Assembly (NCBI GenBank): GCA_902553675.1
Contig: CACDLV010000001.1
Coordinates: 1,080 to 65,079, forward strand
DNA: 64,000 nucleotides
Direction: 5' to 3'
Source: an uncultured Pelagibacteraceae bacterium
GTDB taxonomy: Bacteria > Pseudomonadota > Alphaproteobacteria > Pelagibacterales > Pelagibacteraceae
Made by a program: the position numbers and the translations under genes. Under the pieces are notes generated by a model. It saw only the letters and a program-made list of their open reading frames with translations, had not been told where the DNA came from and made no database searches. Shown here piece after piece: positions 12,197 to 22,309 of this stretch. The stretch's first letter is position 1; every line of letters begins with the position of its first letter.

Positions 12197-12727
12197 TTAT
12201 TTTTTTTCCTCTGCTGGAGCTGCTTCTGCTTTAGGAGCTTCTTCTTCTTTAGGAGCTTCTGCTGCTGGAGCTGCTTCTGCTTTAGGAGCTTCTGCTGCTG
12301 GAGCTGCTTCTGCTTTAGGAGCTTCTTCCTTAGGAGCTTCTTCCTTAGGAGCTTCTTCCTTAGGAGCTTCTGCTGCTGGAGCTGCTTCTGCTTTAGGAGC
12401 TTCCTTATTATCCTCTTCTTTCTTATTTCTCTCTTTTTTTGGCACTGCTTTATTTGGATTATTTCCATTTGCAGGCATAGGCATTAGTTCGTTCTCACCT
12501 AAAATTCTTGCTACTCTTGTTGTTGGTTGAGCTCCTTGACCAAGCCAATATTTAATTCTCTCAGCTTCTAGGCCCACTCTTTCTTTTTTCTCTTTTGGTA
12601 ATAGAGGATTAAAGAAACCAACCTTTTCTATAAATCTTCCATCTCTTGCAAAACGACTGTCGGCAACAACAACTTTATAAACAGGACGTTTTTTTGTTCC
12701 ACCTCTTGATAATCTTAATTTTAACAT
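12197..12727 (-). CDS. rpsP: 30S ribosomal protein S16 with repetitive acidic C-terminal tail
   Basis: [36 protein letters not shown]. Confidence 0.98.
   Translation of the reverse strand: MLKLRLSRGGTKKRPVYKVVVADSRFARDGRFIEKVGFFNPLLPKEKKERVGLEAERIKYWLGQGAQPTTRVARILGENELMPMPANGNNPNKAVPKKERNKKEEDNKEAPKAEAAPAAEAPKEEAPKEEAPKEEAPKAEAAPAAEAPKAEAAPAAEAPKEEEAPKAEAAPAEEKK
12210..12404. repeat. in-frame tandem repeat array (33-nt and 15-nt units) encoding the ([11 protein letters not shown])/(EEAPK) tail of S16
   Basis: tttaggagcttctgctgctggagctgcttctgc at 12248-12280 and 12281-12313, near-identical copy at 12360-12391; ttaggagcttcttcc x3 at 12315-12359. Confidence 0.92.
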
Positions 12728-12739
12728 TTCTTCTCCTTT

Positions 12740-14098
12740 TTACTTTAATTGGTTAAATAGCTCTGGCGGTATACCTTTATCAGACATACCTTTCAGATTT
12801 CCTTTTGACATCTTTTTCATCATTTCAGACATCATTTTAAATTGCTTAAGCAATTTATTGATAGTGGCCGGATCTGTGCCAGAGCCATTAGCAATTCTTT
12901 TTTTTCTAGAACCATCTATTATTTTTGGGTTCTCTCTTTCTTTTTTTGTCATTGATAAAATAACAGCTTCATTTTTAGTAATTATACTTTCATCAATTCC
13001 CGCTGAGTCCATTTGGGATTTAATTTTAGAAACTCCGGGCATAAAAGACATGATTCCCTCAATGCCACCCATTTTTTTCATTTGTCTTAATTGAGATAAA
13101 TAATCTTCCATAGAGAATTGACCTTTTTTTAAATTTTCCTCTGCTTTTTTAAGATTTTCTTCTCCTAAATCTTGAGCCGCCTTTTCTACAAGAGATACGA
13201 TATCCCCCATACCTAGTATTCTGTTTGCAATTCTATCTGGATGGAATACTTCAAGATTATCTATTTTTTCTCCTATCCCTAAAAATTTAATTGGAACGTT
13301 TGAAACATATTTCATACTCACTGCGGCTCCACCTCTTGCATCACCATCAGCCCTAGTTAAAATGATTCCAGATAAATTAACTGTATTTTTAAATTCTTTT
13401 GCCACTGAGGCTGCAACTTGACCTGTTAAAGAGTCTGCAACTAAGAAAGTTTCTGTAGGATTAATGACAGCTTCAATTTGCTTAATCTCACTCATCATTT
13501 GTAAATCGATTTGAGTTCTACCAGCAGTATCAAATAAAATTATTTCAGCTCCATTTAAATTAGCAGCGCTTATTGCTCTTCTACAAATATCAGCAGGTTG
13601 CTGACCTTCTATAATAGGTAAAGTTAAAATATTATTTTGTTCTCCTAAAGATCTAAGTTGTTCTTGTGCAGCTGGTCTGTAAATATCTAGACTGACCATC
13701 ATTACTTTTTTCTTTTTATTATTTTCTAAAAATTTTGCTAATTTTGCTGTTGTTGTTGTTTTACCAGAACCTTGTAATCCAACTAACATCATTGGCACAG
13801 GCGGTACTGCGTTTATGTTTATCTCATTATTTGTTGCACCTAATAAGTCTACAAGCTCATCATAAACAATTTTAACAACCATATCCCCAGGAGAGGTAGA
13901 CCTTATTATCTCTTGGCCTAATGCTTTTGGCTTAACTTTTTCAATAAAATCTTTTGCAACATCCAATGAGACATCTGCTTCGAGTAAGGCTTGCCTAATG
14001 CCTCTTAAACCTTCATCTACTTGAGTTTCATCAAGTGAAGGTGCCTTTTTCAGAGAAGAAAAAATTTCTTCAAATTTATTTGTTAAATTTTCAAACAT
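12740..14098 (-). CDS. ffh: signal recognition particle protein Ffh
   Basis: GLQGSGKTTT, DTAGR and Met-rich M domain. True start taken as MFENL at 14098; the 26-aa extension of the ORF track overlaps the leader RNA. Confidence 0.98.
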   Translation of the reverse strand: MFENLTNKFEEIFSSLKKAPSLDETQVDEGLRGIRQALLEADVSLDVAKDFIEKVKPKALGQEIIRSTSPGDMVVKIVYDELVDLLGATNNEININAVPPVPMMLVGLQGSGKTTTTAKLAKFLENNKKKKVMMVSLDIYRPAAQEQLRSLGEQNNILTLPIIEGQQPADICRRAISAANLNGAEIILFDTAGRTQIDLQMMSEIKQIEAVINPTETFLVADSLTGQVAASVAKEFKNTVNLSGIILTRADGDARGGAAVSMKYVSNVPIKFLGIGEKIDNLEVFHPDRIANRILGMGDIVSLVEKAAQDLGEENLKKAEENLKKGQFSMEDYLSQLRQMKKMGGIEGIMSFMPGVSKIKSQMDSAGIDESIITKNEAVILSMTKKERENPKIIDGSRKKRIANGSGTDPATINKLLKQFKMMSEMMKKMSKGNLKGMSDKGIPPELFNQLK

Positions 14099-14103
14099 AT
14101 TTA

Positions 14104-14198
14104 TTACGCATAGCAGTAACGCACTAGTGGGCGAACCCTCGCTGACTAGTGTCGATCTCTTTGTTTCCAAAGACACCGCAAAGTTAATGTTTTTGCGG
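14104..14198 (-). ncRNA. structured ffh leader (alphaproteobacterial ffh RNA motif)
   Basis: GC-rich patch with three stems: ccgcaaa/tttgcgg (14176-14198); tctttg/caaaga closing a GAAA tetraloop on the minus strand (14158-14173); cactagt..gcga/tcgc..actagtg (14122-14151). Directly 5' of ffh. Confidence 0.8.
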
Positions 14199-14258
14199 AA
14201 ACGGCAACAACCTATAATAGAGGTTCAAAAAGTCAATAAATAAGTTAAATATCTATAT

Positions 14259-15083
14259 ATGGATATTAAAGCTTTTAAAATGGACGGTTTAGGTAATGAT
14301 TTTGTCATCATAGATAATAGGCAAACAATTACAAATTTGACGAAAGAGCAAATAATAAAGATTTGTGACAGAAAATTTATTGGTTGTGACCAACTAATAT
14401 TGATTAAAAAAAATGATATTTCAGATGCTTCGCTAGAATTTTATAATTCAGACGGAGGAATGTCCGGTGCGTGTGGAAATGGTACACGATGTATTGCTGA
14501 TTTATTAGGCAAGGAAAATAACAAAAAAGAAATTTTCCTAACAACTTTATCTGGCAAATTAAAATCTAATATTGTTGGAGAAAAAATGGTTTCAACAGAA
14601 ATAGGTGTTGCAAAAACAAAATGGGATGAGATTCCATTGTCTAAAGAATTAAATACTAATAATTTAGGAATTAAAATTAATGACAAAAATAATAACGAAT
14701 TTTCTGGTGGAACTGCTGTAAATGTTGGAAACCCACATGTAGTTTTTTTTGTTGATAATAACGAAAATTTTGAAATTAAAAAAATTGGACCAAAAATTGA
14801 AACCCACTCTCTATTTCCAGAAAAATGTAATGTTACTTTAGCAACTGTTGTTAACAAAGAATTGATAAAAGTTAGAGTTTGGGAAAGAGGAGCTGGACTT
14901 ACCAAAGCTTGTGGAACTGCAGCTTGCGCAACAGCTTTTGCCGCAAAACAAAACGGACTGGTAAATGATAAAATTGATATTGAATTTTCTACAGGTAGAT
15001 TGACAATTTCAATTGATGAAAACAATAGTATTCATATGAAAGGACCAGTTTCAGATATTGAGGAGATAAATTTTAAAATTTAA
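14259..15083 (+). CDS. dapF: diaminopimelate epimerase
   Basis: GLGNDF, CGNG, GNPH, ERGAGLTKACGT. Confidence 0.97.
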   Translation: MDIKAFKMDGLGNDFVIIDNRQTITNLTKEQIIKICDRKFIGCDQLILIKKNDISDASLEFYNSDGGMSGACGNGTRCIADLLGKENNKKEIFLTTLSGKLKSNIVGEKMVSTEIGVAKTKWDEIPLSKELNTNNLGIKINDKNNNEFSGGTAVNVGNPHVVFFVDNNENFEIKKIGPKIETHSLFPEKCNVTLATVVNKELIKVRVWERGAGLTKACGTAACATAFAAKQNGLVNDKIDIEFSTGRLTISIDENNSIHMKGPVSDIEEINFKI

Positions 15084-16000
15084 TGGGAATTTTTGAAAAA
15101 TTTAAATCAGGTTTTAAAAAAAGTGCCTCAGCTTTTACAACGGGTTTAAGAGATATAGTTGTAAAAAAAGAGATTGATGACAAAACATTAGATAAAATTG
15201 AAGATTACTTAATTCAATCAGATGTTGGTATTGTTTCGGCTTCAGAAATAAGAGAAATAATTTCTCAAACAAAAATAGATCCCAATAAAGATTTAACCGA
15301 AGAAATAAATAATATTTTAAAAAATTATATTATTTCAATAATGAAACCTTTAGAAAATATTGAATTCTTCAAAAAAAAAGAAAAATTAAATGCAACATTA
15401 ATTTCAGGTGTCAATGGTGTGGGAAAAACAACTACTATTGGAAAAATAAGTAAAATATTAAAAGGTAATGGAAATAAAGTAATGCTAGCTGCATCAGATA
15501 CTTTTAGAGCGGCAGCCATAGAACAGTTAGAAAATTGGGCAAACAAAGTTGATGTTCAAATTACAAAATCATCTCAAGGCTCTGATCCTGCATCAGTTGC
15601 CTACAAGGCTATTGAAGAGGCATTAAATAATGATTTCAATCAAGTTTTAATTGATACAGCTGGGAGATTACAAAATAAAAAAAATTTGATGGAAGAATAT
15701 AAAAAAATTGCAAACGTTACTAAAAAAATTGATCCTGATGCTCCACATGATGTTATTTTAGTTTTGGATGCAACTTCTGGCCAAAATGTAATTAATCAAG
15801 TTGAAGAATTTAATAAAATTATTCCAATAACTGGTCTTATTATGACAAAATTAGATGGCACAGCAAAAGGAGGTATTCTTATAGCTGTTGCTAAAAAATA
15901 TAAACTACCAATTATTGCACTTGGATTAGGTGAAAAAGAAGATGATTTACAAATTTTTGAGGCCGAAAAATTCGCAGAGGCATTTACTCAAATTAATTAA
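15083..16000 (+). CDS. ftsY: SRP receptor FtsY (NG domain only)
   Basis: GVNGVGKTTT, DTFRAAA, DTAGR, TKLDGTAKGG. Confidence 0.97.
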   Translation: MGIFEKFKSGFKKSASAFTTGLRDIVVKKEIDDKTLDKIEDYLIQSDVGIVSASEIREIISQTKIDPNKDLTEEINNILKNYIISIMKPLENIEFFKKKEKLNATLISGVNGVGKTTTIGKISKILKGNGNKVMLAASDTFRAAAIEQLENWANKVDVQITKSSQGSDPASVAYKAIEEALNNDFNQVLIDTAGRLQNKKNLMEEYKKIANVTKKIDPDAPHDVILVLDATSGQNVINQVEEFNKIIPITGLIMTKLDGTAKGGILIAVAKKYKLPIIALGLGEKEDDLQIFEAEKFAEAFTQIN

Positions 16001-16556
16001 TTAAGGTACTGGAAATTAAAGGTTTATAAAAACTACATTTGTAGTGTTCTTTAAATTCATAATGTCCACAATTTTTAGCTATCGAAGAAATAATAAAATC
16101 AAATTTTCCATTTACAGGATAAAGCTCTAACTTTTTTTCAACAATATCAAATTTAAAATTAGCTTTTAAACTTTTTACAGCACTAATCATCACCAGAGTT
16201 TTGTTATCTTTTAAAAGATAATATGCAAAATCATCTGGAAAAACTGGGAAATCATACTCTTGCAAAAAATATTTTGCTGTTTTGGGAAACCATTCATAAG
16301 AAATTAATGGCAAAGACTCTTTCGTTTTATAGTTATAAATGTAAAGATCTTTTGGAAAATCATTAATATAATTTGAATTTTCTCCTCGAGCCATGACAGC
16401 TTTTTCACGGGTTTTAAAATATAATGCAAAATTTTCATCGTGCGAATTCATTTGATCAATATGAAAAAGGCTATCTACAGATGCTAAATTTTCTTTGGCA
16501 TTTGATAAATTATTTAAAGAAAAAAGAATAATAAAAAATAAGAGAAAATTTTTCAT
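15993..16556 (-). CDS. secreted hypothetical protein
   Basis: N-terminal signal peptide (MKNFLLFFIILFSLNNLSNA); no recognised motif. Confidence 0.7.
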   Translation of the reverse strand: MKNFLLFFIILFSLNNLSNAKENLASVDSLFHIDQMNSHDENFALYFKTREKAVMARGENSNYINDFPKDLYIYNYKTKESLPLISYEWFPKTAKYFLQEYDFPVFPDDFAYYLLKDNKTLVMISAVKSLKANFKFDIVEKKLELYPVNGKFDFIISSIAKNCGHYEFKEHYKCSFYKPLISSTLIN

Positions 16557-16604
16557 AAATTAACTTAAAAAAAAAATTTGAGTTATGTTTGTTTAGATTG
16601 TGGC

Positions 16605-17423
16605 TTAATTTAAACTATCAACAAATGATTTAAGAGCTAATACAAGTTTATCATCATATTCCATCATATGATCGTCATATTTTGTAAAATATGAATATTT
16701 GGGTTCACTTGCTAAATTAAAAATTTTTTTACCCATCCAAAATGGAACTATTTGGTCAGCCTCACCATGCATTATTAATACTGGAATATTAATATTTTTA
16801 ATTTTTTCATTATTTTCATACTTATCTTTTAAAATTAAACCTACTGGAATATATGGATAAAAATTTTTCGCAGCCTCTATCATTGATGTGAAGGGCGTTT
16901 CTAATATTAATCCTGCAAAATTTTTATTCTGAGTAATTTCAGTGGCAATGCCAGTTCCTAATGACTCTCCATAAATAATTATATCTTCTTCATTTAGACC
17001 TTTTTCTTTAAGCCAGTTTATTGCACTAGCACCATCTGTATAAAGACCCTCCTCACTTGGTTTTCCTTTATTACCGCTAAACCCTCTCCATGCAATAATT
17101 AAAAAATTAACATCCATGTCTTTAAAATGATTTAACTTGTGGATTCTGTTTTCAAGTGTTCCTGCATTTCCGTGAAAATAAACTATTGTTTTATAACTTT
17201 TTAAATTTTTATTATGAAACCAGCCTAAAAGATTAATATTATCAGTTGTTTTGATGGTAACTTTTTCAATGTTAACTTCTAAATTATCTCCAGAATAATT
17301 ATTCTCATCAGGATGATACATTAAATTTCTTTGAAAAAAGAATAAGAAAATTAATATAATTAAGTAAATTGCAACAATACCAATAAATAATTCCAAAAAA
17401 AAATTCCTACGTTTTATTTTCAT
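16605..17423 (-). CDS. membrane-anchored alpha/beta hydrolase (ABHD13/Bem46-like)
   Basis: N-terminal TM, FHGNAG, GESLG, HGEADQIVP. Confidence 0.88.
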   Translation of the reverse strand: MKIKRRNFFLELFIGIVAIYLIILIFLFFFQRNLMYHPDENNYSGDNLEVNIEKVTIKTTDNINLLGWFHNKNLKSYKTIVYFHGNAGTLENRIHKLNHFKDMDVNFLIIAWRGFSGNKGKPSEEGLYTDGASAINWLKEKGLNEEDIIIYGESLGTGIATEITQNKNFAGLILETPFTSMIEAAKNFYPYIPVGLILKDKYENNEKIKNINIPVLIMHGEADQIVPFWMGKKIFNLASEPKYSYFTKYDDHMMEYDDKLVLALKSFVDSLN

Positions 17424-18645
17424 ATTTTTTTCTATTTAATATTAAAAAAAATATATAAGAAATAATACTTAAGATTAAGAAAACTGAAAAAGCTGATTTA
17501 AAAGCAAATATTTCTGTGTAACCCATAGCTTTAACGATATCTATCACTAAGCCCATTAGCCATTGCATTATGAATGTTCCAGAAAATATTAATAAATTGA
17601 ATGAAGTTAGTGCTTTACCAGCAGAATAACCTGAAAAAGAAAGTCCCACAGCTGGCTGTGTAACTGATAAAAAAATTGAACTTAAAATAAATAAAGTTAT
17701 GTAGAATGCACCCGCTTTTGGGCCTAGCGATATAATCACAAACATTACAGAAAAGCTAATTGGCAAACCTAATTTAAGTATTCTTTTTGCAGTAAAACCT
17801 ATACCTGAAATTTTTGGTAAAAAATAACCCCACAAAAAAAAGGATACCAACATAGTTACATTGATCCAAAATAATCCTGTAGCGCTCTGAAGTGGTGTAT
17901 AACCAGCAACTCTAGTCATCCATGGGCCTGCCCATAAAGTTTGTATAGCCATTAAGCCACCATAATTAAATAAACCCATTGGTATTACACTTATAAAAAA
18001 TCTATTTTTCCAAACTTCTGATAAAGTTCCAGTATTGCTTGGCTCTTCTGACTCTTTATTTTTAGTTAAATTCCATTTTGGAATAAAAACTAACATTAAA
18101 AAAATACTAATTAAAATTAAAATAGCGATTCCGCCAAATATCCATCTCCATCCAAAACTAAGCAACAAAAGTTGTACAGGCAATGTGGATGACAAAAAGC
18201 CTAATGATGCAATCATTAGCATCCATGAGTTTGCTCTTTGTTGTTGATTTTCTGCATACCATATTCTGTAACCAGTTAACGGAGCCATTAAACAAGCACT
18301 AACACCTACGCCGATTAGAATTCGCGAAACTAACAATCCAGAAAAACTTTCAGCTAAAGCAAATGATCCTGTTCCAACTAATGCAATTAATAAAAAACAA
18401 GAGACAATTTTTTTTGGTCCATATTTATCTAACAAATATCCAAGAGGTATTTGCATACAAGCAAAACCCAAGAAATAACCCCCAGCTAACAATCCTAAAT
18501 CAGCTGCTAACAAATTAAATTCTGAGGTTAATACGGGAGAAAGTGTTGCAGTAATTGCACGCAACAAACATGATAAAAAATAACCAAATGCAAATATAAA
18601 AAAAACAACAATAGCCTGTTTTTTTGGTAAAATATAATTTTCCAT
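17407..18645 (-). CDS. MFS transporter
   Basis: About 12 TM segments; GYLLDKYGPKK motif A. Confidence 0.92.
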   Translation of the reverse strand: MENYILPKKQAIVVFFIFAFGYFLSCLLRAITATLSPVLTSEFNLLAADLGLLAGGYFLGFACMQIPLGYLLDKYGPKKIVSCFLLIALVGTGSFALAESFSGLLVSRILIGVGVSACLMAPLTGYRIWYAENQQQRANSWMLMIASLGFLSSTLPVQLLLLSFGWRWIFGGIAILILISIFLMLVFIPKWNLTKNKESEEPSNTGTLSEVWKNRFFISVIPMGLFNYGGLMAIQTLWAGPWMTRVAGYTPLQSATGLFWINVTMLVSFFLWGYFLPKISGIGFTAKRILKLGLPISFSVMFVIISLGPKAGAFYITLFILSSIFLSVTQPAVGLSFSGYSAGKALTSFNLLIFSGTFIMQWLMGLVIDIVKAMGYTEIFAFKSAFSVFLILSIISYIFFLILNRKKYENKT

Positions 18646-18648
18646 TAA

Positions 18649-21300
18649 TTAAAAGTTTAAAGATATATCTCTATGAACTGAATTACACCTTGCAACAAAT
18701 TTAGCTTGTTCTTTAGTTAATCTGTTTTGAAGTCTTAGACCAATATTATGTTTGATAACATCATTATATTTAATTAATTCAGGCATCAAATTCTTATTAG
18801 CATCATCTCTCCATGAAACTTCTAAATTGAAAAGATCGAATGTTTCTGAACTTACTTCAATTGATTTTTGCTCATCTACCTCATCATTATCTATAACAGA
18901 TATTAGGTCATCTAATTTGTTTGCAAATTCTTCGGTTCCAGAAATTTCTCCTAGCTTTTCAAAAAGATTATCAATTATTGATATTGCGTTTTCGTAATTT
19001 TTATTATCAATATTATATTTTAATTCTTTTATTTCTGGTGAAAGTTCTTTTAATTTTTCATTATCATTTATAAACATTACTATTTGATCCAGAGTTTCAT
19101 AAGCTTCATCAACGTTTTTTCTATATCTTTTAGTTCTTGTGTTTTTTGCTTTGTGCAATATTTCAAACTCACCATTTTTAGCTTTCCAACTTTCAGGAAC
19201 TTTATTTTGAAGTTCTTTAATTTCTAGCTCGTAATTCTCAATCTTTAATTCTAATTTATTTTTATCTGACAAGTCATCATCATCTAAATTTCTAATTTCA
19301 GCTTTTGTTTTTTTAATTTTCTGGTCTATTTTTCTTATTTTTTTCTCAATTTTTCTTACATTGAAATGCAAGTCCCTATAATCTTTTGTAAATAATTCAT
19401 ATTCTTCCTCTGTTTTTTGAAGTTTTTTAACAATAGCAAAAGTCCCAAGAGCATTATCAAAATGCTCTTCAAAAATATCTAATTTATCCATTGGAAGATT
19501 TGCGGGAGTCAATTTCTGCATGTTTTTTATTACACTAGTAATTCTTTGTTCTTCAGTGTTGTAAATCGCAAATTTGTACTCTTGTAAGCAATATTGTAGC
19601 TTTGGATTCATCGGTGGTGGAGCAACGTTCGAAGTTAAATATGTTCTTGCTGGCAAGTAATTTACTAATGATGGATAGAAACCAACAATTCCAAGACCTA
19701 TTAATTGTAAAATAATGAATGGAACAACACCTTTCCAAATATTTAAAGTAGTAACAAGTTTTGAAGCTACACCTTTTAAGTAAAACAATGCAAAACCAAA
19801 TGGTGGTGTTAAAAATGAGGTTTGTAAATTTACTCCAATCATTACACCAAGCCAAATTGCACTTACATTAGCTCCTGGTTCAGCTAATAATATCGGAGCA
19901 ATGATAGGAACAACAACAACGGCTATTTCTATAAAATCAAGAAAGAAACCTAGTAAAAAAATCACTGCCATTACAACAATAAACTGTGTCCAAAATCCCC
20001 CTGGCAAATCTTGAAGAAAATCTCTTACTAGCTCTTCACCTCCAAATGCTCTAAATCCAGAGGTTAACATTGCAGCACCTAATAAAATTATAAAAACCAT
20101 TGAAGTCGTTACACATGTTTCTGTAACAACCTCTCTTAAAACATTCTCAATTTTGTATGCTCTCCAAAAACTCCAAACAATTCCAATTAAAAAAGTAATT
20201 GTAAAAAATCCTGTGATAAAAATTGCTGTAAGATCTCTAGTTTCTACAGCCTTAATATTTAAATTGTAATTCTTAGATAAAATATAAATTGGAATGACAG
20301 ATAAAATTGCAATTATAATTGGATAGTAAGCATCTTTTTTTCCTTTATGTAAACGATAACCAGCCATCATGGTTGCACCTATTGCTCCAATTGATCCAGC
20401 TTGATTAACGGTCGCAATACCTAAAAGTATAGATCCTAAAACCGCAAAAATTAAAGCAAGGGGAGGAATAATTACTATTAAAACCTTAATCCAAAATTTT
20501 GAATCAAAATTTCCTTTAAATGGAACGGGAGGAGCTGCCTTGGGATTTAGTCTTGCGTACACAAATACATAAATCATATACAAACCAACCAAAACTAAAC
20601 CAGGTAATAATGCCCCCAAAAACATATCTCCTGCAGAAGTAGATCCCACTCTAAATTCTCCGGGCATATTAAATTCACCAGTTAAAATTTTGTAATCAGT
20701 CTGACGCATAGTATTTGCAACATCTGCTGCGCTAGCTAATTGATCGGCTATAATAATTAATACAATTGATGGAGGTATAATTTGCCCAAGAGTTCCTGAT
20801 GAACAAACAATTCCACTTGCTAGACTTTTATCATATTTATTATTAAGCATTGTGGGTAATGATATTAATCCCATTGCTATTACTGTTGCACCGACAATAC
20901 CCGTAGTAGCTGCAAGTAGCGCCCCAACAAAAATTACTGATATTCCTAGGCCTCCAGGGATAGGTCCAAACAACTGCCCCATCGTAACTAAAAGATCTTC
21001 CGCAATTTTTGATTTTTGCAGCATGATCCCCATGAAAATAAATAAAGGAATTGCAATTAAAGTATCAGTTTCTACATCCCAGTAGTTACTCCTAAAGTTT
21101 GTAATACCGGCGGTTAACCATTCTTTGGGGCCATCAACAGCAAAATAAGCACTACTATCTCCTGCAAATAAGTAACCAAAAAAAGCAGCAAGCCCGATTG
21201 AAATTATTGCTGATCCAGGTAATGCAAAAGCTACTGGAAAACCAGAAGCTAATGCTCCAATCATTATAATTACAAGTAAAGCTAAAAACAGATGTTCCAT
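18649..21300 (-). CDS. TRAP transporter large permease (DctM type) with long soluble coiled-coil C-terminal extension
   Basis: LIAIPLFIFMG, GTLGQIIPPS, NLQTSFLTPPFG, followed by about 330 hydrophilic residues. Confidence 0.9.
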   Translation of the reverse strand: MEHLFLALLVIIMIGALASGFPVAFALPGSAIISIGLAAFFGYLFAGDSSAYFAVDGPKEWLTAGITNFRSNYWDVETDTLIAIPLFIFMGIMLQKSKIAEDLLVTMGQLFGPIPGGLGISVIFVGALLAATTGIVGATVIAMGLISLPTMLNNKYDKSLASGIVCSSGTLGQIIPPSIVLIIIADQLASAADVANTMRQTDYKILTGEFNMPGEFRVGSTSAGDMFLGALLPGLVLVGLYMIYVFVYARLNPKAAPPVPFKGNFDSKFWIKVLIVIIPPLALIFAVLGSILLGIATVNQAGSIGAIGATMMAGYRLHKGKKDAYYPIIIAILSVIPIYILSKNYNLNIKAVETRDLTAIFITGFFTITFLIGIVWSFWRAYKIENVLREVVTETCVTTSMVFIILLGAAMLTSGFRAFGGEELVRDFLQDLPGGFWTQFIVVMAVIFLLGFFLDFIEIAVVVVPIIAPILLAEPGANVSAIWLGVMIGVNLQTSFLTPPFGFALFYLKGVASKLVTTLNIWKGVVPFIILQLIGLGIVGFYPSLVNYLPARTYLTSNVAPPPMNPKLQYCLQEYKFAIYNTEEQRITSVIKNMQKLTPANLPMDKLDIFEEHFDNALGTFAIVKKLQKTEEEYELFTKDYRDLHFNVRKIEKKIRKIDQKIKKTKAEIRNLDDDDLSDKNKLELKIENYELEIKELQNKVPESWKAKNGEFEILHKAKNTRTKRYRKNVDEAYETLDQIVMFINDNEKLKELSPEIKELKYNIDNKNYENAISIIDNLFEKLGEISGTEEFANKLDDLISVIDNDEVDEQKSIEVSSETFDLFNLEVSWRDDANKNLMPELIKYNDVIKHNIGLRLQNRLTKEQAKFVARCNSVHRDISLNF

Positions 21301-21303
21301 TAT

Positions 21304-22287
21304 TTAATTCTTTAAAAGTTTATGACTGCTACTCATAAAGTAGCTAGTGAATTGAGTTAACATACTTACAGCAAAGACTGCTAAATAAACTGCCATTAGA
21401 TAAAGTAAATATAATCCGTTTGAACCTTGCTGCGTAATTTCAAATGAAATTACAGGACCATTGATGATACTAGCTTTGCCCCCCATGCCTAAAAATATTA
21501 CAATCAAACATAAAGGAATTCCTAGAATTAATGACCCAATTGCATTAGTCCATGCTTTTTTACGTTCGCTAAAACCAGTATAAAGAACATCAACTCTAAC
21601 GTGGCCCTCATGAATTAACGCATAAGCGCTTGCAAATAAATAAAGGGCTGCATACCAGAAACGAACTAAGTCACCTTGGAATGCTTGTTCATATTGAAAA
21701 ATAAATCTTGATAATACAATTAAAAATTCACTTCCAACTACTAAAACTGCTAACCAAATAAAGCCTACAGATCTTGTAAAATAACCAATTACAAAAGAAG
21801 CCAATATTAAAGGAAAGTGTATATATGTGATTCTGAAAGCAGGTATTACTAAATTAATTTTAAGTTGTTCTCCAAAAATTGGCTCAACTAGTTTTTCTAC
21901 TACCATGAATGAGATTAAAAAGTCTGCTACTCCAACAATTAGTACAGCCCAAAAAGAGGACCTTACCACGTAAGCTGTAATTTTCGATAAGATCTCAGAG
22001 TCTGTTTGTAATGTTTGTTTTATAGATTTTAAAACAAAAAATATAACTCCTACTAAAGATACAAAATAAAATAGTAATTGAATATATGATAAATTTATTG
22101 CAAGCCCCTCTAAAGGCTTATTTAATTTTTTAAATCCAAATAATTCATAATGAGCAAAAAGTTTTTTAACTCCTGGCCAATCAAACCAAACTGTTAAAAC
22201 ATTATTGACTAAAAAAACAAAAGTTAAAGCTAAGATAGAATAACTAAATATTCTTATTAAAATAGACAAGTTATTTTTCGCCATCAT
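21304..22287 (-). CDS. TRAP transporter small permease (DctQ type) with extra N-terminal TM segments
   Basis: EGHVRVDVLY motif; 327 aa. Confidence 0.88.
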   Translation of the reverse strand: MMAKNNLSILIRIFSYSILALTFVFLVNNVLTVWFDWPGVKKLFAHYELFGFKKLNKPLEGLAINLSYIQLLFYFVSLVGVIFFVLKSIKQTLQTDSEILSKITAYVVRSSFWAVLIVGVADFLISFMVVEKLVEPIFGEQLKINLVIPAFRITYIHFPLILASFVIGYFTRSVGFIWLAVLVVGSEFLIVLSRFIFQYEQAFQGDLVRFWYAALYLFASAYALIHEGHVRVDVLYTGFSERKKAWTNAIGSLILGIPLCLIVIFLGMGGKASIINGPVISFEITQQGSNGLYLLYLMAVYLAVFAVSMLTQFTSYFMSSSHKLLKN

Positions 22288-22309
22288 ATTAAATCTTTTA
22301 TTGATATAT

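Noticed and set aside
12210-12404. Repeat array considered as a CRISPR
   Set aside because: No unique spacers, units are multiples of 3 inside a CDS, and no cas genes are present.
12124-12468. 114-aa K/L/Q-rich ORF overlapping rpsP and trmD
   Set aside because: It is an alternative frame of the S16 tandem repeat, open only because the repeat lacks stop codons.
14099-14200. GC-rich element considered as the 4.5S SRP RNA, or as an N-terminal extension of Ffh
   Set aside because: It forms several short stems rather than one long hairpin with the SRP domain IV motif, and Ffh homologues begin at MFENL.
14441-15025. 194-aa antisense ORF, representative of the many 60-110 aa antisense or nested ORFs in the track
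   Set aside because: They lie wholly within well-supported genes and show no recognisable motifs; shadow ORFs.
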